From contig JBBPEB010000002.1 of assembly GCA_039096225.1 (NCBI GenBank), positions 310,001 to 374,000 of the forward strand: 64,000 nucleotides of DNA. The letters are read 5' to 3'. A model generated the notes under the pieces. It was not told the DNA's origin and did not search any database. It worked only from the letters and a program-made list of their open reading frames with translations. Source of the DNA: Blastocystis sp. Blastoise. Taxonomy: Eukaryota; Protista; Bigyra: Opalinata. Within the stretch, counting starts at the first letter, position 1. Each line of letters opens with the position of its first letter. Shown in pieces: positions 49,146 through 64,000 of this stretch. A program made the translations under genes and the position numbers.

Positions 49146-50159
49146 TTATTCAATATTTATTAGTTAAATAGATACAAATACAAAAATGATATGTTTTCAT
49201 TTTTCATTTTTCTTTTGGAACTTTTCTGTTTATAGAAAATGAATAGAGTTTCTAGAATATAAATAAAAAATTAACATGATTATTTCCATAATTGCTATAT
49301 TATAAAATCAATAACCATGATTAACCAAAAACTAGGTAAAAAAGTGAAGAAACGAGAAGAAAGAAATAATCACGATTCATGCATAATCTGGAATTTTTAA
49401 AAACTTGATAGTTTTCTTTTTATAGAATAAAACAGTCCTTTTCTAATGTTGTTAGCATCTAATTTTGACAATAATTAATTGATATGAATTGAAATAAGCA
49501 GTTTATGTCTTTCTAAGTGAAATAAAAACCAGCAAATGAAAATGTTTGTATATATGTTTCATTTTGTAAGTTTTTTTTCTGAATTGATTTATATGTATGA
49601 TGTGTCATTATGTCAAAAATCACTTTCAATAGTTTTCCATATGTTTTGGGATTCTCATTCACGTTAGTTGCTTGTTTTGATAGTAAATAAGTGTTTATTT
49701 TTTTATTTGCTATTCTCGAATGATTATCAAACTTGATTCTCAAATCAATTATGTTAGAAAGCCTCTTTTATTAAGGATTATCTATTCTCACTCAAATAAT
49801 GACATTTTTACTGCTTCTCTCTTAAATAGTTTTTTAATCAATTTTCTTGACGTAATAAAATCCTTTGAATTACTCTTTGAAACAAATTAATGCTTCATCA
49901 TAGTTCTTTAATATGTTTTTATCATATTATTTTTCATATTTCTTTAGTTTTAATATATATATTAAGTAAACTGAATTTATATATTTTTATAAATAATAAA
50001 ATGGTTTCAATGAATTATTTTCTATAAAAATATGTTTATTGAAAAAGAATAAATTCAACATGAAATGAATTATTATATATATATCATTTTTAGAACAAAT
50101 AATACAATACAATGAATATATATATAAAGATAGAAATAATAATAAATCATAAGAAAATG

Positions 50160-55204
<5,045 letters not shown>

Positions 55205-56230
55205 TCTCTCTAGAACACAATGACATTAACTTATTTTAAATATACTTTATAATCAGAATGAAAACGTATAAATGTATCTTTCTTTACTTTTTGACTCATA
55301 ATACTGGAAGTTTTGCTTTTCATAGAAGTTTTTTCATATTTTTCTTTTTTGTATTTTTTTCATTGGTTTTAATGAATTGAAATAATTCTATTTATTTATT
55401 TTGATGCATATAAAAAGGAGAATGTCGCAGACAAAGAATGATATGATTTTTAGACAGATTATTAAATGAAAGAGAATTATTGCTACGCTTTATTGCTTTT
55501 TGAATGTTTTGAATGAAAAGAAAACGCTGAAAAATAGCGAAATCATTTATGTCGTATCATCTATGAACTTGCTCAAAGTGAAATCACGTTTTTTAATTAT
55601 GAAAATGATAAAGTTAACACATATCAGATATGTGTGGTTAGTAAGAGACATAATGATTAATTTATTTTTTTTTAAATAAATAATATTACCAGAAATAGAG
55701 AAAGAATAAATATTTTTTGTCAACAAATAAAAAAAATAAAAATGGCTTTGTTTTTCGTTTCATTTAGAATAATATATGTTTTAAGTGAGGTTACTATTGT
55801 ATCCATTTTTTATATAGTATATATAGGAGTACTCTGTGATAGACTGAAAGTCTCATTTCAGATATTTATTGCATTTAAATAATTCATTCTATACACCATC
55901 ACTATTACAACAGAATTACATTATTTATTATAGAAATAAAGAAAAAGAAAATTAATTGATAGCGTAAATACTTTTGTTATTCTTGAATAAAGTTGTTTTA
56001 TTGTTTACTGACAAGAAGAATATTCAGTGACAACATGTTTTATTATACAATAACAGTTATACATTGAAAAATATGGAAAAACAATACATGAAGAATAATT
56101 TATGGGAATTCTGTATTTGAGAAGCAAAATATAAATATAATCATAAATTTAACTTTTGTGCTCCCAGTTTAAAGCGAATTTGTTCCGAATAGAAGAAGAG
56201 CATTATTATTGTTTTTAAGGTCTTTTAACG

Positions 56231-57307
56231 ATGCTGACTGTAAAACAGATTATGCTTGGGCTGCTAACAGAGTTGTCTGAGCAAGTAGCAGAGGAAGAAG
56301 AAAAGTATCTTAACGGAGATGATGATTTCGAAGAACAATATCCATTTCCTTATAGTCATTTAGATTATCAAGAGGTATTTCGTATTATATACTATAAATG
56401 TGATTTATATCTATGTAAATTATAGCATGCCATGCCTTTATTCAGACTTGCTCTTCAATATCACTATAAGTTTAGAGATGGAATCACTTCAGGTAAGGTG
56501 GATCCTATCTGATATGATAAGTTACGTAATTTAATTTATATAGATAGGGCTCAATTGTTGATTAAAAGATATGGAAATAATTATTTCCCTGATATTGTGC
56601 CTCTCCAAGGAAATTCTGGTAATAAATACTCTTCATTTCCTCCACAGATATCTTTTTATCTAATATTTTTTTCTTTTATGTTTAATATCAGTATAAATGA
56701 TGTTTTAAAGAGAGCTAATAGAAAGTTTTCTTAATATAATATACAACGCCAAATGGTGGCAGAACGTATTAGAGAAATTAGATCCAAAATATAAAGTGAT
56801 TCGAGATAAGAAGTTGCAAACGATAAAAGCTCGTGATTTAGTTATTGGGGATATCATTTTACTTCAAGAAGGTATATATATTTATATTATTTTGATAACT
56901 ATATTATTATGAGTATTATTTTTGATTATTATTTTGATTATTATTTTGATAACTATATTATTATGATTATTATTTTGATAAATATATTATTATGATTATT
57001 ATTTTGATAAATATATTATTATGATTATTATTATATATATATATATTAAAGGTGATCATATTCCCGCGGATATTCGTGTATTATTAAGTGATGGATCTCC
57101 TCAAATTGATATGTCCTTTATAACACTAATAAATAATGATATTAAAACAATTACCATGAATTGTCTGCCCGATCCTATGTATATATATATATATATATTG
57201 ATTATATATATTGATTATATATGTATATATATATATAGGCGTAGCCCTAATCTTCTTCCTTGTGGTAGTTACTTGTTACAAGGAATTCTCTTTGGTGTTG
57301 TTGTTAA

Positions 57308-57348
<41 letters not shown>

Positions 57349-57859
57349 TATATATATATATATATAGAACAGGTTTGAATACTCTTTATGGTAAAACTGG
57401 ATTTAGAATCACAAATCCTCATCATTCTGTATATATATATATATATACTATTATATATATATATATACTATTATGTATATAGTTAGACCTTTATAATTGT
57501 CAAATAGAGCATAAGAAGGTTCGGTGTCTCTTTCAATCGTGTTGTGAGAATAGTATACTTCCAAAGAATATTAAAGTATATATATGCATCTATATATATA
57601 TATTGATTATTTGTCTATTTTTATTTTTCACTACTTATTATTATTTAATAAATATATATATAAATAGACTTTAGATAAATCAATTAATGTTAATTATATA
57701 TTTGTATCTCTACCTCCATCTATATGTACAATTCCAAGTTTATTTATTGAGAATATGAGAACACTTCAAATTAAAATATGTATACTAAGAGAACGAGAAG
57801 AAATAGCAGTCTCTCATGTATATATATATACATATATATATATGTTTATTATATATGTT

Positions 57860-57937
<78 letters not shown>

Positions 57938-58368
57938 TTATTATATGTTATATATATTATAAATATAATATATATATAGTTTACCTTAGATGTATCAGAC
58001 CCTGATTCCCGTGATATTACTTCTGATTCGAGGGAAAAAATCGAAAATGATTTTTTAGAATGGGATAGGAATCCAAATATATACTTAAAAAGTGTTATTA
58101 TTGACCCATCACAATATAAAGATCTATTTAATATTGTTCATAAAGCAAAGTAATATATATATTATAGTTTCTTTTCTTCTTATTTTCTTATTATACTTAT
58201 TATTATATATATTTATATTATTCTTTTTAAGCTATATATTATATATTGTATTCTTTCTACTATATATATATATATACTTCTATATCTAGTCGAACAATAC
58301 TCTATGTAGGTGGTTTATATATGACGAATATTGTACCTATTAAAGAAGCTGATATATCTATTTCCTAT

Positions 58369-58400
<32 letters not shown>

Positions 58401-58706
58401 TCTTATTATATACAATCCAAACATTTCTATATATATTTATATCATCATTATTTAATATATATGTATATTTTATACCTATATATAATATAATAATAATAAT
58501 CAACATAATAATAATAATACTAATAATAATAATATCTTTCTATATCTCTATATTATCCTTGATTCTTCTACATTTCCTATTTAGATGCTTTAGATTACTG
58601 TAAACTACATAGTGATGCTATTTTACTTACTCCTAATTATACGGGTATTACTACTTTATTACAGTTATCCTCTTCTATCCTATGTCAGTTATGCTGTATC
58701 TTATGA
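56231..58706 (+). CDS. Soluble P-type-ATPase-derived pseudoenzyme (N-terminal/A domain + P domain only) with C-terminal CaaX (CCIL); about 12 exons
   Basis: EHAMPL..GITSDRAQLLIKRYGNN, KVIRD..ARDLVIGDIILLQEGDHIPADIRVL, TGLNTLYGK, PIKEAD, DAILL; no TM helices and no TGES, DKTGT or GDGxND. Confidence 0.75.
56648..56744 (+). other. U12-type (minor spliceosome) AT-AC intron candidate
   Basis: CAG|ATATCTTT donor, TTTTCTTAAT branch-like motif about 10 nt before TAC|; removal keeps frame (FPPQ|NAKWW). Confidence 0.7.
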
Positions 58707-59542
58707 AATTATGTGATTTGTCCCAAATCGGCATACTCAAGACTGAAATCCATTCGTTTTATTACGTTTAAAACTGTTAGAAAACAAATTTACTGGAAAT
58801 ATAAAGATAAACGTGATCTGCCATTATTATCTTTTTATTTCTATATACTTATTCTTGTCTATACTATATATTATCTTATATATTATCTATATTTCACAAA
58901 ACATAATAAATGACTATATATAAAGTATATTTATATATATAGAATTGTATTCTATAATCATTCGCTTATTATTATGCTCTTTTCTCAGTTTAATTCTTTT
59001 TATCTATATATATATTCTTAACTCTTGGGTATTTTTATTTATACTTTTTATTCTATATATATTTGTAACTTATATATATATATATTTTAATTATTAGTAT
59101 TTTTTCTTTTCTTTTTTTGCATTATTCTGTTTGTTTCTTTTTATAGTATTTTATTTTTTTAATTTTTTTTCCCATTTTTCTAAAATTATAATAAAAATAA
59201 TATATGGATTATATTATAAAAAATGTCAATAGTAAATATTATTAATATGTATTGTTAGTGAGTATTAATCATTTCTATAAATACTACTATATATTTTTAT
59301 TTACATATGAATGCTGAATAAATGATAGTATTATTAAATAATAAGAATACTTGTTATTATAGATGATATATAGAATAGAGAATGAATAAATTGATAAACA
59401 AAACACCTATTCTAATAATAACAAGGATATATATATATAGTATAATAAAGAAATCTAAAACAATAAGTAATGAATACAAAAGATAGTATATATCTTCATA
59501 TATAAATATATATATATATAACTATAAATGATATTCTAGTTT

Positions 59543-60026
59543 TTAAGGTTTAATCATTTTTAAAGCCTTCATAGCAAAACGAGGAAGTACGAATGCGGCC
59601 TTATGCATTTCAGGAGTATAATATTTCAATTGAGATTGAAGTTCAGGAGAAATAGGACGATTTGGTTGATATAAAGGATATTTTCCATCATCAAGAGTAC
59701 CAATAATAAATCCGATTTGACCACATGGATAACTAGGAATAGAACAATAACCGTAATTAACGTTTTTAAACAGCTTGGATGCGTCATTCATCACTTTAGC
59801 AATTAAATCTAAATGAAGCCATTGACATTCACCCTATAGAATATATAATAAAATCAATAATAATAATAATAATAATATTAATAATAATAATAATATATAT
59901 ATATATATATATACTTGGGTACAAATGATACCTCCTTCTCTTAGAGCTTCCTTCATGGTCTTATAGAAATCAGAAGTATAAAGAGTCTCAGCAGGACCTT
60001 TATATAATAATAATATTAAATATAAC

Positions 60027-60061
<35 letters not shown>

Positions 60062-60613
60062 TAATAATATATAAAAAATATATTAAAAAAAAATAACAGC
60101 AATCATATATATACCCACTGGATCGGAGGAATCAACAATAATAACATCAAAGCGATTCTTTTGATTTTTAACATATTCAGCAGCATCCATAAATAATAAT
60201 TCTAATCTGGGATCATTAAAGGATACAGCAGTAGAGTTACTAAAGTATTTCTTAGCAACATTAACGACACCTTCATCAATTTCACATTGAACAATATGTT
60301 CAATACAATCATGACGAGCAATTTCTCTTAAAACACCACCATCACCACCTCCAACAATCAAAACTTCTTTTGGGTTAGGATGAGCAAAGAGAGGAAGATT
60401 GACGATCATCTCTTGATAAGAGAATTCATCCTTCTCTGTTATTTGAAATACACCATCTAAAGCAAGTACTCTTCCATATGATTCGGAATCAAAAACAAGA
60501 ATATCTTGATATTTTGATTTTTCATGATATAAAACGTCTTTAACTTTCACAGAGAACTTTTGACCGGGCCACATAGCTTCACATTCAGAAAACCAACCAT
60601 CAGCAATACTCAT
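59543..60613 (-). CDS. SRM: Spermidine synthase (3 exons)
   Basis: GWFSE..WPGQ, EKSKYQDI, VLIVGGGDGGVLRE, FDVIIVDSSDPVGPA, IPSYPCGQIGF, YYTPEMHKAAFVLP. Confidence 0.96.
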
Positions 60614-61465
60614 TTTGATTCTATGACAAAAATACGAAAAACAAAAGAAATAAATAAAAATGATAAAAAACAATGGTAGATTTTATTTTTTAGCTCCAAT
60701 TCCCTGTTTTTACCAAAAAAGTGACATAGACATTTTCACATCCTCTCTCTTTCAAATGATTCGATAATTATTTATAGAATCCAATCATAACTGAGAAGAC
60801 TCTTCTTTTTATTGTTCTTTTTTTCTCTTTATTTATTTTCTAAATAGGAATTCTTAGTATATTGAATAGTAGAGGAAAAACTCAAGATATTTATTTTATA
60901 TATGAAAAATAAAATACTGAAATAAAGTACTGATTCAATGAAAAAAATATTTTTTTGCTTATGGCACATTATTCAAGACTAACTGCTTTTTATTCATTCA
61001 CTTAAATACATTTATTTCAATACTGCTATTATCTTTCTTGAATTCAATCAAGAAAAAAGTTTTTTTGTAATTTTTTTTATTTAATAATATTTCTGCTTAA
61101 TAATTCATATTCTACTTCTTTTGTATATTAAATTAAAATAACATCCAAACAATATTTGATACAAATGAATCATGAGTTGTTTTATTCTTAGATATTCCAA
61201 TAAAGAAAACAGTTTTGATCACCCTCAATCAAGATTTAATACTAAAAACTCTAATATAAAACGTAAATATCATCGATTCTATGAATATAAAAAATATTTT
61301 CTGATTTGAAATAGCTCAATTCATACGATAAAGTATATTAACATTCATTGTATATAAATATATAGAATATATATGAATAAATATTTTGTTGTCATTCAAT
61401 TATTTGTAAAAAACAAAAAAACCGCTTTTCAACTTTTTTATTTTTAAAATGTTTCTGTATAAAAA

Positions 61466-63451
61466 ATGAATAACAAGGAGTATAATCAAGATCTAGTTCA
61501 TGTACAAGGTATATGCCATTTATCTATGCCATTAGTATTGTGATTAGTTGAGGTTTTAATAAAACCTGATTGCTATGAGAACTTAGAAAAGCTTGAAAGC
61601 GTTATCAAATCTTCTTTAGAATCGAATTATACTGTTTACTTTAACGGACCATTTGATTTCTCAAGTATTCCATATTTGGTATCTAATGTTCAAGAAATAT
61701 ATATTTGTGATATACCTGAGGAAGAACAAGGGATCTCATTCTGGAAGGCGACATTAGATATACATATTTATTCATTAAATTATGAAGGTCCTAGTGATGA
61801 AGTACTGGATAATTCAGCTGATGTGACTGCTTATCAGCAATGGAATCTTCCTTCTATTGAATTTCAACATATGTGGGATAGGTATATATGGAAGACTATA
61901 TGTATTTTTTTTTAATAGTTTTTTAAAACACATATTAAAAATAAATTAAATATCTATCTAGATTATTATATGACTCTGATATCAAACAAGATTTGATTAA
62001 TTATGCGTATACTGCATTACTCTTTGCCTCTTGTGGTGTGAACTCTCAAATAATATCTGTAAACCGTTTGATTCTTCTACATGGTCCTCCAGGAACAGGG
62101 AAAACATCTCTTTGTCGATCGTTAGCTCAAAAGTTATCTATACGTTTATGTGATGTATATGATAATATTCAATTAATAGAAATTAATGCACATTCGTTAT
62201 TCTCAAAATGGTTCAGTGAAAGTGGAAAATTAGTTATGAAGCTATTTGGATTTATACAAGAACTTTTAGAAGATAAACAATCACTGGTTATCGTTCTTAT
62301 TGATGAAGTAGAATCTTTAAGTTCTTCCCGCCAAGTAAGTATGGCGGGAAGTGAACCGTCTGACGCAGTACGTGTTGTCAATGCGCTTCTTACACAAGTA
62401 TATGCATATTTAATATTATATATATTATATTATATATACTATTATAAGTATATTTAAACTATAAAGTTAATAGTATTTATTTTAATTGAATAATTAAATA
62501 TTTCTATACATATTTTTGTATTCATAAAGAAATTATTATTCATAAATTGTATTATAATTTTGTTTTCATTAACTAAATAAATTAAATATTATTATAAATG
62601 AATAATATATATGATTCTTTCTAGATTGATAAGCTTCGTCGGTTTTCGAATATATTAATATTGACAACATCTAATATAACCTCAGCCATTGATAGTGCAT
62701 TTCTAGATAGGGCTGATTTAAAGAGATATATAGGTCCACCTGGAGTAAGAGGACGATATGAAATATTTAGGGAATGCATACAGGTATAGTTCTTATAAAT
62801 TGTAGTTATTATTTTTATTCAATGTTTTTGTTGTTGTTGAGAATATATAATATTTAATATATTTTTTATTATCTATCATTCTATATCTTCAATATAATAT
62901 ATTTTATCATTCTATATCTTCAATATAATATATTTTATCATTCTATATCTTTTATATAATATATTTTATCATTCTATATCTTTTATATAATATATTTTAT
63001 CATTCTATATTTTTAATATAATCTATTATTTTATATCTTCAATATAATCTATATAATAATAATATATAATAATAGGAATTAATTCGTGCTTCTATAATAG
63101 TGACTCCAATTGATATGCCTCATTATTCACAAGAAATACATTATTCACAAGTAACTCCTCAGAAACAAGAAACTAATGAAGATGATATGATCCTAGCTAA
63201 TTATCATACACAACTTGTAGAAATTGCAGAGCTTGCCGATGGACTTAGTGGACGATCTTTGCGAAAAATACCATTTCAAGCACATGCATGCTATCTAGCT
63301 AGTTCACGGTCAATATCGCTTGATGACTTCCTTGTCGCTCTCAAAAAAACCATTGAAGTATTCTATTCTAATATTTTCATTAGTTTCATTACATAATTCT
63401 ATTTAATATCATATACAGGACGAGCTGAAGGATAGAAGCATGCTAAAATAA
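61466..63451 (+). CDS. PCH2: AAA+ ATPase PCH2/TRIP13 (spliced)
   Basis: [78 protein letters not shown]. Confidence 0.95.
62858..63050 (+). repeat. Intronic ~31-bp minisatellite (about 5 copies) in PCH2
   Basis: Unit ATTTTATCATTCTATATCTT(C/T)(A/T)ATATAATAT repeated. Confidence 0.85.
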
Positions 63452-63766
63452 GAATAATGAACTCACATTTTGCTCATTATCTTCAAATTATAAAATTAAT
63501 TTTTCATTATATTGAAAGTGACATCTATACCGTATTCCACAAATTCCTATTTGTTTAGTTAAACTTAAAAAAAAGCCTTAATTTAAAATAAAACGAAAAG
63601 AAAAAAATATATAAACATTTTAGAAATATAAGCGATAAAGACTCTATCCCCGTGATTCTATTCTTTAATTCTTTTCTGCCTAGTTTTACGGTAATTACAA
63701 ACAAAGGATTTTTTTTTCTTATTTCATAATTATTATCTATATATTTGTAGTAAATTTGAGAAAGAG

Positions 63767-64000
63767 ATGTCTATTGTATATGTTTTTTATATGATAATAA
63801 TATACACTTATTATAGGCTCAAGATTTAGTGAATCCTAAGCCTTTTCTTCATTCTTTAATTGGCAAACCTGTTATTGTCAGACTGAAATGGAGAGCTGAA
63901 TATAAAGGCTACTTAGTGTCTGTAGATAATTATTTCAACATCCTTCTTGGAAATTGTGAAGAATACAGTGATGGTGCCTTCTCTTCTCGCTTAGGAGATG
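63767..64000 (+). CDS. SNRPF: Small nuclear ribonucleoprotein F (5' part; runs off the right edge)
   Basis: [45 protein letters not shown]....LGD. Confidence 0.9.

Noticed and set aside
49215-49260. Heat-shock element upstream of STI1
   Set aside because: Only one TTCnnGAA pair; too weak in AT-rich DNA

Overview
AT-rich, intron-dense nuclear DNA from a microbial eukaryote using the standard code. The best guess is an anaerobic gut stramenopile such as an AT-rich Blastocystis-like lineage; this is inferred from bacterial-type enzymes, an organellar presequence and apparent U12 introns. About 17 spliced protein genes were reconstructed by hand: MetH (5' part), HAT1, SAC1, ARL1, an ODC-like protein, ETF-beta, a CTL/SLC44-like transporter, INTS6, nitroreductase, Fe-S L-serine dehydratase, TFIIE-beta, a LIM/DEP/PH protein, STI1/HOP, Rab3GAP1, a P-type-ATPase-derived protein, spermidine synthase and PCH2/TRIP13, plus the 5' part of SmF. 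The window also has one tRNA-Leu(TAA) and a phosphoesterase pseudogene fragment. Most six-frame ORFs in low-complexity or intronic DNA are artefacts. Highlights: (1) An 8.55-kb CACTA element (2726-11277; 15-bp TIRs, GAT TSD) has no visible transposase. It carries a spliced ~4-kb pyrimidine-rich non-coding unit that ends in a mascRNA-like cloverleaf, and a second locus at 43.5-44.3 kb shows the same architecture. (2) An intact P-type ATPase derivative lacks all TM helices, the N domain and the catalytic motifs, ends in a CaaX box, and has AT-AC minor-type introns. (3) An ODC homologue appears catalytically dead (antizyme-inhibitor-like). (4) A CCCGCGGG-type palindrome is over-represented inside exons. 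(5) Some introns are pure (TA)n and two appear to be AT-AG. Coordinates were counted by eye and may be off by a few bases.
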